Positions 48,706-58,061 of a DNA stretch of 64,000 nt are shown here, piece by piece (the first letter of the stretch is position 1; each line of letters opens with the position of its first letter). The notes under the pieces were generated by a model that was not told the DNA's origin, ran no database searches, and saw only the letters and a list, made by a program, of their open reading frames with translations. Position numbers and translations under genes: made by a program. The DNA is taken from the NCBI GenBank assembly GCA_001189155.1, contig LFCP01000001.1, forward strand, positions 147,779 through 211,778. Reading direction: 5' to 3'. This stretch comes from Parcubacteria bacterium C7867-006 (GTDB taxonomy: Bacteria; Patescibacteriota; Minisyncoccia; Phycocordibacterales; DATDWN01).

Positions 48706-49203
48706 ATGACTGAAATAACAACAGAACTCGTAAAGGAATTGCGAGATAAAACAGGTGTCTCTGTAATGCAATGTAAGAAGGCTTTGGAAGAGACAGGTGG
48801 GGATATCGAGAAAGCTACAGCTCTATTGCTTGAAAAAAGCGCTGAAATAGCTGGTAAAAAGAGTGATAGAACTCTAGGAGCCGGTACTATAGGTTCATAC
48901 GTACACTCTACCGGTACAGTTGGAGTTATGGTAGAATTACTATGTGAGACTGACTTCGTAGCAAAGAACGAAGAGTTCAAAGCTTTAGCTCGTGACATAG
49001 CGATGCATGTGTCAGCTACAGATCCAAAGTTTCTAAAATCAGAGGATGCTGGAGCAGACAGTGATCCAGAGTCAGTATTGTTAAACCAACCATTCATAAA
49101 AAATCCGGAAGTTACTATTATTAACTTAGTTCAGTCAGCTACTCAGAAATTTGGTGAAAAAATAGAAGTCTCACGTTTTGTAAGATTTTCAATTTCTCAA
49201 TAA
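48706..49203 (+). CDS. tsf: Elongation factor Ts (short form)
   Basis: ITTELVKELRDKTGVSVMQCKKALEETGGDIEKA (UBA-like N-terminus); short 165 aa form as seen in reduced genomes. Confidence 0.8.
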   Translation: MTEITTELVKELRDKTGVSVMQCKKALEETGGDIEKATALLLEKSAEIAGKKSDRTLGAGTIGSYVHSTGTVGVMVELLCETDFVAKNEEFKALARDIAMHVSATDPKFLKSEDAGADSDPESVLLNQPFIKNPEVTIINLVQSATQKFGEKIEVSRFVRFSISQ

Positions 49204-49211
49204 ATTTATTT

Positions 49212-49592
49212 ATGACAACTATATTATTTTTCGTCTCTCTTTTTGTGCTGGCCTCTCTTGTGGGCTCAAAAGTATTTGAGATAAAAGTTAGAAAAATTGA
49301 GTCTCTCTCAAGTATCTTTGCAAAAGGAGATGAGCAGATACACAAACTAATAGATCTAGCTATTTTCAAATATAACCGATACAAGAAAATTGCTCATATC
49401 TTTGTATTTGAGTTTATTCCTTCATACATATACGAGTTACTCGTAAAAATGAAAGACTACGTCTCAAAGAAGTATTACAGCTCAGCAGACGGTTTTAGGG
49501 GTCGAAGAGTTCTTCGAACTAATGGTTCAGTTTCTTTTTTCCTAGAAAGATTGGCTGATGATAAAAATAGTCCAGAAGTTAGAAAAGTGTAG
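49212..49592 (+). CDS. Hypothetical protein (126 aa)
   Basis: N-terminal TM helix; no recognisable domain. Confidence 0.4.
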   Translation: MTTILFFVSLFVLASLVGSKVFEIKVRKIESLSSIFAKGDEQIHKLIDLAIFKYNRYKKIAHIFVFEFIPSYIYELLVKMKDYVSKKYYSSADGFRGRRVLRTNGSVSFFLERLADDKNSPEVRKV

Positions 49593-49656
49593 GGTTGAAA
49601 ATACTCTAAACTTCTGATACATTAGTAGGGTTGTTTCAAATTTTAGTACCAATATT

Positions 49657-49729
49657 GCCACTTTAGCTCAGTTGGTAGAGCAGCCGTTTTGTAAACGGCA
49701 GGTCGTCAGTTCGAGCCTGACAAGTGGCT
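49657..49729 (+). tRNA. tRNA-Thr (anticodon UGU), CCA not encoded
   Basis: GCCACTTTAGCTCAGTTGGTAGAGCAGCCGTTTTGTAAACGGCAGGTCGTCAGTTCGAGCCTGACAAGTGGCT. Confidence 0.85.
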
Positions 49730-49733
49730 CACT

Positions 49734-49757
49734 AAAATCCCCGCAAGGGGATTTTTG
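49734..49757 (+). terminator. Intrinsic terminator after tRNA-Thr
   Basis: aaaatccccgcaaggggattttt. Confidence 0.7.
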
Positions 49758-49902
49758 CGTAAGACACTTGTTAGGCGAGAACTAGATGGGGGGTCGGAAA
49801 AGAAGGGTCTTTCCCATGTCGGAAGGTAGTGAGAGATAGTGCAATAGGTGGTTTAGTTGGAATCTACCTAGGTTTCAAAATCGGAGAGTAGCTAGTGGCT
49901 AG

Positions 49903-50583
49903 TTATTTTTTTACTGATGTTGTTGTACTAGTCTTCATCTTTTTTAGTTCAGGAACAACTTTCTCTATATCTTCAACACTTTTGAATCCATAGTAAACAT
50001 TATCTTTTATTATCAGAGCAGGAAGTTCACTTTTTATTTTGTTTATTGATATAAGAGTTTTAACTGCTGATAGATCAGCATTATAATCAAAAGAGTATAC
50101 TCGTAAATCTGGATATGTCTCTCTTAATTTTGTTAAAACATAACCCTCTTTTTCGCAGTCTGCACAACTGTCATCTAGTGAGTAGAAATAGATAATTGAT
50201 ATTGGTGTTTTATTACACTTCTGGCTAATCTTGTTCATCAAAAGATAGTCCTTGATTTCTAGTAGGAAGTAGTATTTTTTTAGAGTTTGAACTTCAATAT
50301 CGCTTTCTCCTCGCTCCTTCTCTGTATATGAGAGTTTATCCTCTAGTGTGCCTAGTTCTGTTGATAGGCTACCTGTACCAACATCTTTACAAGAAGATTC
50401 CTCTAGAAGAGAGAATTGAGTCTCTGATGATAGAGTATCAATAGCTATTTTGTCTTGTATGCCTCTGATTTCATCTACTCGCTTTTGGGCAAAATAATTA
50501 CTCATTAAGATAGCAGTAATAAAAATAACCGCTGTTATAGTAAATGATAGTACGTATTGTTTCCAGTTGATTGAATTGTTCAT
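49903..50583 (-). CDS. Membrane-anchored hypothetical protein (possible thioredoxin-like fold)
   Basis: N-terminal TM helix; CADCEKEG motif in the C-terminal half. Confidence 0.4.
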   Translation of the reverse strand: MNNSINWKQYVLSFTITAVIFITAILMSNYFAQKRVDEIRGIQDKIAIDTLSSETQFSLLEESSCKDVGTGSLSTELGTLEDKLSYTEKERGESDIEVQTLKKYYFLLEIKDYLLMNKISQKCNKTPISIIYFYSLDDSCADCEKEGYVLTKLRETYPDLRVYSFDYNADLSAVKTLISINKIKSELPALIIKDNVYYGFKSVEDIEKVVPELKKMKTSTTTSVKK

Positions 50584-50587
50584 ATTG

Positions 50588-51835
50588 TTATCTCCACTTA
50601 GTGTCTACCTTAAAGATGGCGTTAAATGCAGCCTTTATAATCCATATAGGTGCAATAAACATATACAAAGATAGGTAATAAATCAAATCCATACCAATAT
50701 CCAGTTTACCCTCAGACATTTTTTTGGAAATAACAACGAAAGTTATTGTTCCTATTGCAGTAGCTAGTCCAAGTAGGGTTAGTATCTGTGTATTTACATA
50801 AAACAAGTCAAAATTCCAGTTTGGCCAGTGTGGGTTGAATCCTACTGTCCTAAATATGACGTATTGGTTTATTGCGGATCTTATTATGTTAAATATAGAA
50901 ACACTAGATATAAATACTACAGAGATTATTGAAATCGCGGCCATTGGTAGGATTAACATACCAACATTTCCGTATTTTTTTCGGAAAAACATGTGGCGGT
51001 AGTCTTTTGCATTCTGGATAAAACCATGTGACCATCGGATTCTCTGCTTTAGAAGTTTTTTAACTGTATTAGGGGGAACAGTATAGACGAAAGCATTGTG
51101 TGCGTGGACTATTTTAAATCCATTTTCCTGCATACGTAGGGCAATCTCAATATCTTCTGTGTTGTGAGCGTGTCTGTATGGGCCAAGTTTCTCAAAAACT
51201 TCTTTTCGGAAAATAGAAAAAGGTCCAGGAGTGATGTAAATAGCGTTCATATACTGGAACATTTTTCTGGTGAATATACCAAAGCCGTACTCTATTTTTT
51301 GGAGTAGCTGTAGAATAGATTTTGGCTCCCAAAGTTTGATAGATGGAGCAACAGCCATTGTTTCTCTGTCTTGAAAATAATAAACAATCTTTTTTAGGGT
51401 GTCTTTGTGTACGTATGAGTCAGCGTCCAAACATCCAACTAGATCTGTTGTTAGTTTTGATAGTCCATAGTTTAGAGCGGTGTATTTTCCTCCATTTGGT
51501 TTAGTGTGTATTTCTATTTGAGGGTTGTTTTTGAATTTTTGAATAACTTCCCAGGTTTTGTCTGTAGAACCATCATCTACAATCATGATTTTTAGTTTAT
51601 CTTTTGGGTAGTCTAGGTTTAGTAGGGAATGTATTGTTTTGCCTACAGTTTTTTCTTCGTTCCAACAAGGAACTATAATTGTTACTGTTGGGTATTTTTT
51701 TACACCTTGAGCGACCAATTCCTCCTCTTTTTTCATATTTTCCTTGTTTTGGAAATATGTCATTAGTAAAAAGACCTCAAAGTTCAGTGAGGCAAACAAA
51801 AAAACATATGTTACTAGGTTGGTAAAGTCAGGCAT
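50588..51835 (-). CDS. Family 2 glycosyltransferase (processive, membrane-bound)
   Basis: IMIVDDGSTD, QxxRW-like motif (QRIRWSHG), multiple TM helices. Confidence 0.8.
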   Translation of the reverse strand: MPDFTNLVTYVFLFASLNFEVFLLMTYFQNKENMKKEEELVAQGVKKYPTVTIIVPCWNEEKTVGKTIHSLLNLDYPKDKLKIMIVDDGSTDKTWEVIQKFKNNPQIEIHTKPNGGKYTALNYGLSKLTTDLVGCLDADSYVHKDTLKKIVYYFQDRETMAVAPSIKLWEPKSILQLLQKIEYGFGIFTRKMFQYMNAIYITPGPFSIFRKEVFEKLGPYRHAHNTEDIEIALRMQENGFKIVHAHNAFVYTVPPNTVKKLLKQRIRWSHGFIQNAKDYRHMFFRKKYGNVGMLILPMAAISIISVVFISSVSIFNIIRSAINQYVIFRTVGFNPHWPNWNFDLFYVNTQILTLLGLATAIGTITFVVISKKMSEGKLDIGMDLIYYLSLYMFIAPIWIIKAAFNAIFKVDTKWR

Positions 51836-51909
51836 AAAGCGCTTTAATTAACCGTCATACTAGCACTTTTGCTTGGTTTTTTCAATTTTTTGGCTATAAT
51901 AGGGAGATT

Positions 51910-52523
51910 ATGGACTCTAGTCTAAAAATAGATGTTTCTTCTGGTCATTTGCACCCAATCAGTCTAGTTTTGCTTGAAATAAACAAAATATTTTCTGATT
52001 ACTTAGAACACACACATCTCCTGTTCAGGTTAGGTTTATGGAGAAAAATAAACCACCTATTCGTATCATTGCTCCGGGAAAAGTTTTTAGACATGAGGCA
52101 ACAGACGCAACTCACGAAGCTCAGTTTTACCAGTTAGAGGGTTTGGTTGTTGGTGAGAATATTTCTGTAGCTAATTTGAAATGGACTCTAGAAACAATGT
52201 TTGAAAAACTTTTTGGTAAAAAAATGAATATTAGGTTGCGACCAAGTTATTTCCCATTCGTCGAACCTGGTTTTGAAATGGATATGTCTTGTTTCAAATG
52301 TGAAGGAAGGGGTTGTAGTACTTGTAAAAATACTGGATGGATTGAGATCGGTGGCTCAGGAATGGTGCATCCCAAAGTTTTGGAAAGTGCCGGAGTTGAT
52401 TCAAAAAAATATTCTGGTTTCGCTTTTGGTTACGGAGTGGACAGAATTGCGATGCTTAAATACGGAATAGACGATGTTCGTCTACTTTATCAAGGAGATT
52501 TACGTTTGGTTAATCAATTCTAA
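51910..52523 (+). pseudogene. pheS: Phenylalanyl-tRNA synthetase alpha subunit, disrupted (internal deletion plus frameshift) or assembly error
   Basis: Frame 1 (51910..52137) gives ...[22 protein letters not shown], the PheS region before motif 1. Frame 2 (open from 51999) gives [49 protein letters not shown]... (motifs 2 and 3). About 39 codons including motif 1 (the HPAR...DTFY region of class-II motif 1) are missing, and the frames differ. Confidence 0.6.
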
Positions 52524-52524
52524 T

Positions 52525-52749
52525 ATGATTAAAAACGGTATTTATAAACATTCAAAGAAAGGAACTATGTACAAAGTTATTTGTACAGCAAAAAATTCAG
52601 AAACTCTGGAGGATTTTGTTGTTTATGAATCTTTGTATGATAATGAAACTTCAAAATACTGGGTTCGACCAGCATCTATGTTTGAGGATTTGGTGGAAGT
52701 AGATGGAAATAAAGTTCCAAGATTTGTATTGGTAGAAGAAGAAAAATAA
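52525..52749 (+). CDS. DUF1653-family small protein
   Basis: GIYKHSKKGTMYKVICTAKNSETLEDFVVYESLYDN...KYWVRPASMFEDLVEVDGNKVPRF matches the DUF1653 pattern. Confidence 0.6.
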   Translation: MIKNGIYKHSKKGTMYKVICTAKNSETLEDFVVYESLYDNETSKYWVRPASMFEDLVEVDGNKVPRFVLVEEEK

Positions 52750-52750
52750 A

Positions 52751-54658
52751 ATGAAAGTCTCATATAAATGGCTACAAGAATATATAGAAAATGAATTACC
52801 TCCAGTAGAAAGGGTGGTTGAGGCTTTAACTATGCATTCATTTGAGATAGAGGGTGTAGAGGATTTTGGCGACGATAAAATACTAGATGTAAAAGTTTTA
52901 CCAAACAGAACTCATGATTGTTTATCTCACTACGGGATAGCTTCTGAAATAGCTTCTGTCTGTGATTTAAAAAGAAAACCACTATTATCAAAACAAGATT
53001 TTCCAAAAACAGAAGATATAAAATTGTCTATTAATACAAAACTCTGCGTCAGGGCAGTGATGATTTTAATAAAAGATGTGGAAGTAGATGAAAGTCCAGA
53101 GTGGCTAAAAGAAAAGTTGAAAGTCTATGGAAATAAATCAATCAATAACATAGTTGATATAACAAACTATCTGACTTTTGCTTTCGGTCAGCCAATGCAC
53201 GCTTTTGATGCAGATAAAATCGCTAAAAATAAAAAGGACCAATACGAAATAATAATCCGTGACGCTAAAAAAGGAGAGAAAATAACTCTACTAGATGGAA
53301 AGGAATACACACTAGACTCAACCATGATGGTTATTTCAGATACAGAAAAGCCACTGGATGTTGCCGGGGTAATGGGTGGAAAAGATTCTGGAGTAAGCAG
53401 TGAGACAAAAAATATTATTTTATCTCTCTCTCATTTTGATCCTGTTTCTATAAGAAAAACCGCAAAAGCTTTGGGAATCAGAACAGACGCTTCTCAAAGG
53501 TTTGAGAACTCTATATCTCCATCTCTTATTGATCGAAGTTTGCCTTATGCTCTTGAGCTTATTGATGATTTAGTTGGTGGAATAGTTGTTGGCGGAACAG
53601 ATATATATCTAAAGGAACAAAAAGAAACAGTTATATTTATAACACCAGAAAAAATATCAGATATTTTAGGTGTAGATATTTCAGCTGAAGAAATAGTAAA
53701 AACTTTAGACAGACAAAATATAAAATCTGAAATAAAAGGGGGAGATATACTCGTTACTTCACCACTAGAGAGATTGGATTTAGAAATTCCAGAAAATATT
53801 GCAGAGGAGGTTGGGCGAATATACGGGTATGAAAAAGTTTTACCTAAAGAGCTTGGTCCTGGTCTAAAAGTGTCTGTTAATATTGAGGATTATACTTCAA
53901 ACTTGATTAGACTTTCTCTTTTGAAACAAGGATTTTCTGAAATATATACATACTCGTTTACAAATAAAGGTTTAGTTGAGTTAGAAAATCCTATTGCTGG
54001 AGATAAAAGTTTTCTAAGACAAGATTTAATTTCAGGAATGGAAGACTCTCTTGAACACAACTTCAAATACGCTGATTTGCTTGGAATAAAAGAGGTAAAA
54101 CTTTTTGAAATCGGAAAAGTTTTTGGTGGGAAAGGAGAGAAACTTCATTTGTGTATTGGAGTAAAGTTTCCAAAAAATAAAAAAACTCCAAGTGTTGATG
54201 AGGAATTAGCAAAAACTATTCAGAATCTAGAAAATGATTTAGGTATTTCTGTTGGAGATGTATCTATAATGAGCGGAGTGGTTGAGTTTGATATAGATAG
54301 AATTGTAAAAGAAATAAAAATAGGGGATACAAACTATGAAGAAGCTTCTTCTGTTTTGGGTAAAGATGTTTCTTACAAAACTATTTCCCCGTACCCTTTT
54401 GCGGTTAGAGATGTTGCAGTGTTTGTTCCAAACACTGTGAGTGAGGAAGCAGTAACTCAAATAATAAAAGATAAACTGACAGATATTGTTGTTAGATTTT
54501 CATTGTTTGATAAATTCGCAAAACCAGAAAAAACTTCATACGCATTTCGCCTAGTTTTCCAATCAAAAGAAAAGACTCTGACTGATGATGAAATAAATGC
54601 AGTAATGAACCCAATATACGAGACACTAAAAGCTCAAGAAGGCTTCGAAATAAGGTAG
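52751..54658 (+). CDS. pheT: Phenylalanyl-tRNA synthetase beta subunit (short form)
   Basis: B3/B4 and B5 domains, C-terminal FDX-ACB-like domain; 635 aa. Confidence 0.8.
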   Translation: MKVSYKWLQEYIENELPPVERVVEALTMHSFEIEGVEDFGDDKILDVKVLPNRTHDCLSHYGIASEIASVCDLKRKPLLSKQDFPKTEDIKLSINTKLCVRAVMILIKDVEVDESPEWLKEKLKVYGNKSINNIVDITNYLTFAFGQPMHAFDADKIAKNKKDQYEIIIRDAKKGEKITLLDGKEYTLDSTMMVISDTEKPLDVAGVMGGKDSGVSSETKNIILSLSHFDPVSIRKTAKALGIRTDASQRFENSISPSLIDRSLPYALELIDDLVGGIVVGGTDIYLKEQKETVIFITPEKISDILGVDISAEEIVKTLDRQNIKSEIKGGDILVTSPLERLDLEIPENIAEEVGRIYGYEKVLPKELGPGLKVSVNIEDYTSNLIRLSLLKQGFSEIYTYSFTNKGLVELENPIAGDKSFLRQDLISGMEDSLEHNFKYADLLGIKEVKLFEIGKVFGGKGEKLHLCIGVKFPKNKKTPSVDEELAKTIQNLENDLGISVGDVSIMSGVVEFDIDRIVKEIKIGDTNYEEASSVLGKDVSYKTISPYPFAVRDVAVFVPNTVSEEAVTQIIKDKLTDIVVRFSLFDKFAKPEKTSYAFRLVFQSKEKTLTDDEINAVMNPIYETLKAQEGFEIR

Positions 54659-54750
54659 TCTTTAAGCCATATAAATAGACTAAAATAGCTTGTTGTGAGG
54701 ACTGTTTTTTGCTATAATTAATGGGTTAAATTAACTAAAATATCAACAAA

Positions 54751-56838
54751 ATGGCTGGAAAAAAAGATAGTTACGGTGCAGACGCTATACAGATTCTAGA
54801 GGGCTTGGAGCCGGTTAGAAAGCGACCCGGAATGTACATTGGTACAACTGGCCTTGATGGACTACACCACCTTATTACAGAAATTTTCGACAACTCTCGT
54901 GACGAAGCCATGGGTGGTTTTGCGAACGACATTGAGGTTGCACTACTGCCTGGAAACAGAATCCGAGTAACAGATAACGGACGAGGCATCCCAGTTGATA
55001 TTCACAAACAAACAAAAGTTTCAGCGCTTGAAACTATTATGACAACTCTCCACGCTGGAGGAAAGTTCGGTGGAGAAGGAACTGGTTACAAAGTTTCTGG
55101 AGGTTTGCATGGAGTAGGAGCATCTGTTGTAAACGCCTTATCTATCTATTGTAAAGTAACAGTTCACAAGGACGGTGGTATTTATATACAGGAGTATTCT
55201 CAAGGAAAGAGAAAAGCTGCTGTAAAGAAAATCGGAACAACTAAGAAAAATGGAACTATCGTGATGTTTGAACCAGATTCAGCTATTTTCCCAATCATTG
55301 ATTTTGATGCAAAAAGAGTAATGGATCATATGCGACAGCAAGCATATCTTGTAAAAGGTTTGCGTATCACTGTTGTTGATGCTTCAAAATACGAAGGTAA
55401 AATAAAAGAAGATGAAGTTTTCAAAATATCTGAGTTGGGGCTTGAGGTTCCATCAATGTCTTTCTACTTTGAGGGAGGATTACTTTCTCTTGTTAAATTT
55501 ATTAATCACGACCAGAAGCCTGTTCACAAAAATGTTTTCTATGTAGAGAAGAAAACAAATGAGTGGGAATCTGTTGAAGTTTCTCTTCAGTATGTAGATG
55601 ATATTGCGTGCCGACTTTCTGCTTTTGCAAACAACATCAACACTCCAGAAGGAGGAACTCATGTTACTGGTTTCAAAACTGCGCTTACTCGTACACTCAA
55701 CACATACGGACGAAAGAATAATATTATAAAAGAGTCAGAAGATAACTTTACCGGAGAGGATGTTTTGGAGGGACTAACAGCTGTGGTTTCAGTAAAACTA
55801 CGAGAGATTCAGTTTGAGGGACAGACAAAAGCAAAACTTGGAACAGTTGAGGCACAGTCTTCTGTTAACACTATTTTCTCAGAGGCATTTTCACAATTCC
55901 TAGAAGAAAATCCAGATGATGCAAAAGCTATAGTTAATAAAGTTATTCTTGCTCTAAAAGCTCGAAAGGCTGCGAAGGCTGCAAAAGACTCTGTTTTGCG
56001 AAAAGGCGCACTAGAGGGAATGACACTTCCTGGAAAGCTTGCTGACTGTCAGAGTAAATCAGCAGAGGATTCGGAGATATTTATTGTGGAGGGAGATTCC
56101 GCTGGAGGTACAGCAAAAACTGGTAGAGACAGAAAGACACAAGCCATACTTCCGCTCCGAGGAAAAATTTTGAACATTGAACGAGCTCGTCTAGATAGAA
56201 TGCTAGAGTCAGAACAAATTCGAAATCTCGTTATCGCACTCGGAACAGCTATAGGAGATACATTTGATATTAGTAAACTGCGATATCACAAAATTATTAT
56301 TGCAACAGATGCCGACGTGGACGGTGCTCATATTAGAACTTTGATTTTGACATTGTTATACAGATTTTTTAGACCACTTATCGATGGAGGTTTTGTTTAT
56401 ATTGCTCAACCACCTCTATTTAAAATAAAGAAGGGTAAGGAGTTGTTCTATGCGTATTCTGATGCAGAGCGAGATAGTATTATGAAGAAACTTGGTTTCG
56501 CTGATGTTGATCTAAATGAAATAACAACAGACTCTGATGAACCAGAGGTGGAAGGAGAGGAGACAGAAACAGAGGAGTCTGAAAATACTAAAAAATCTGA
56601 CTCTAAAAACGCAAAAACTAAAAAACCATCAATTCAACGATACAAAGGTCTCGGAGAAATGAACGCAGATGAGCTGTGGGAAACTACTATGGATCCAGCT
56701 AGAAGAGTGTTAAAACAAGTAAATATTGGTGATGGTGTTGCAGCAGACAAGGTGTTTGATGTACTCATGGGAAGTGATGTGCCTTCTCGAAAGTCGTTTA
56801 TTCAGTCAAACGCTACAAAAGCTAATTTGGATATCTAA
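54751..56838 (+). CDS. gyrB: DNA gyrase subunit B
   Basis: GHKL ATPase N-terminus (LEGLEPVRKRPGMYIGTTG), Toprim EGDSAGG, C-terminal RYKGLGEM. Confidence 0.85.
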   Translation: MAGKKDSYGADAIQILEGLEPVRKRPGMYIGTTGLDGLHHLITEIFDNSRDEAMGGFANDIEVALLPGNRIRVTDNGRGIPVDIHKQTKVSALETIMTTLHAGGKFGGEGTGYKVSGGLHGVGASVVNALSIYCKVTVHKDGGIYIQEYSQGKRKAAVKKIGTTKKNGTIVMFEPDSAIFPIIDFDAKRVMDHMRQQAYLVKGLRITVVDASKYEGKIKEDEVFKISELGLEVPSMSFYFEGGLLSLVKFINHDQKPVHKNVFYVEKKTNEWESVEVSLQYVDDIACRLSAFANNINTPEGGTHVTGFKTALTRTLNTYGRKNNIIKESEDNFTGEDVLEGLTAVVSVKLREIQFEGQTKAKLGTVEAQSSVNTIFSEAFSQFLEENPDDAKAIVNKVILALKARKAAKAAKDSVLRKGALEGMTLPGKLADCQSKSAEDSEIFIVEGDSAGGTAKTGRDRKTQAILPLRGKILNIERARLDRMLESEQIRNLVIALGTAIGDTFDISKLRYHKIIIATDADVDGAHIRTLILTLLYRFFRPLIDGGFVYIAQPPLFKIKKGKELFYAYSDAERDSIMKKLGFADVDLNEITTDSDEPEVEGEETETEESENTKKSDSKNAKTKKPSIQRYKGLGEMNADELWETTMDPARRVLKQVNIGDGVAADKVFDVLMGSDVPSRKSFIQSNATKANLDI

Positions 56839-57773
56839 TGTCTAAATATCTAGTAACAGGTGGGGCGGGGTTTATTGGTTCGAATATTGTGAAAAGACTA
56901 GTCGAAGAGGGAAAGGATGTGAGAGTTTTAGATAATCTCTCTACAGGAAAGATAAAGAACATCGAGCCTTTTCTCGACAAGATAGAGTTCATTGATGGCG
57001 ACTTTACTGATATTGAAGTTGCTCGGTCTGCTGTAAAAGGCGTGGACTACGTAATACACACAGGGGCTATACCTTCTGTACCACGTTCTATTGATGATCC
57101 AGTAAAAACAAACGCATCAAATATAACCGGAACACTCAACCTCCTCATTGCTTCTCGTGATGAAAAAGTAAAACGTTTTGTGTATTCAGCTTCGTCATCT
57201 GCATATGGAGACTCACCAGTAATGCCGAAGGAAGAAACTATGCCGATAGCTCCAAAGTCTCCATATGCAATACAGAAACTAGTTGGTGAGATGTATTGTC
57301 AGAATTTTTATAAATTATTTGGATTAGAGACTGTGTGTCTACGATACTTTAATGTGTTTGGTCCCAATCAAGATCCAGAGTCTGTTTACTCCGCAGTAAT
57401 ACCTTTGTTTATTAAAAAGCTACAAAAAGGTGAGTCACCAGTTATATTTGGAGACGGACTAACTTCTAGAGATTTTACTTATGTAGATAATAATGTTGAT
57501 GCAAACCTGCGAGCGTGTGTTGCAGACTCAGCTTGTGCAGGAGAGGTTATAAACATTGCTTGTGGGTATGAGATATCACTGAACCAGTTAGTTGAGAAAA
57601 TAAACACGGAGCTTGGAACTGATATAAAACCAGAATATAAAGATGAACGAGCCGGAGATGTAAAACACTCACTAGCAGACATTTTAAAAGCAGAAAAACT
57701 TTTGGGCTACAAACCTCTAGTTAGTTTTGAAGAAGGACTCAGAAAAACAATAGAGTTTTATAAAAACAAATAA
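56838..57773 (+). CDS. NAD-dependent epimerase/dehydratase (UDP-sugar 4-epimerase-like)
   Basis: VTGGAGFIGSN Rossmann motif, YxxxK (YAIQK). Confidence 0.8.
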   Translation: MSKYLVTGGAGFIGSNIVKRLVEEGKDVRVLDNLSTGKIKNIEPFLDKIEFIDGDFTDIEVARSAVKGVDYVIHTGAIPSVPRSIDDPVKTNASNITGTLNLLIASRDEKVKRFVYSASSSAYGDSPVMPKEETMPIAPKSPYAIQKLVGEMYCQNFYKLFGLETVCLRYFNVFGPNQDPESVYSAVIPLFIKKLQKGESPVIFGDGLTSRDFTYVDNNVDANLRACVADSACAGEVINIACGYEISLNQLVEKINTELGTDIKPEYKDERAGDVKHSLADILKAEKLLGYKPLVSFEEGLRKTIEFYKNK

Positions 57774-57774
57774 A

Positions 57775-57802
57775 CAAAAAACCTCCAAATTTGGAGGTTT
57801 TT
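57775..57802. terminator. Bidirectional intrinsic terminator
   Basis: aaaaaacctccaaatttggaggtttttt. Confidence 0.75.
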
Positions 57803-57805
57803 TGT

Positions 57806-58048
57806 TTATTTAGTTTCTTCCTTCTTTGTTTCAGTATACTCCGCCTCTTTCGCTTTAGCTTCTGGGTGTTTTGGAATAATTATTGTAGCAACGATGTAAC
57901 CTAGAATTGCAGGAACAACTCCTGTCATAATTGCTAGCACTATAAAAACAAGCCGAAGAACTGTAGGATCAATATCTACATATTCACCTATACCACCTAT
58001 AACTCCAGCTAGTATTTTGTCATCTTTACTTTTATATAGCTTTCTCAT
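57806..58048 (-). CDS. PspC-domain membrane protein
   Basis: KSKDDKILAGVIGGIGEYVDIDPTVLRLVFIVLAI. Confidence 0.7.
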   Translation of the reverse strand: MRKLYKSKDDKILAGVIGGIGEYVDIDPTVLRLVFIVLAIMTGVVPAILGYIVATIIIPKHPEAKAKEAEYTETKKEETK

Positions 58049-58061
58049 TTTTTTAATTTAA

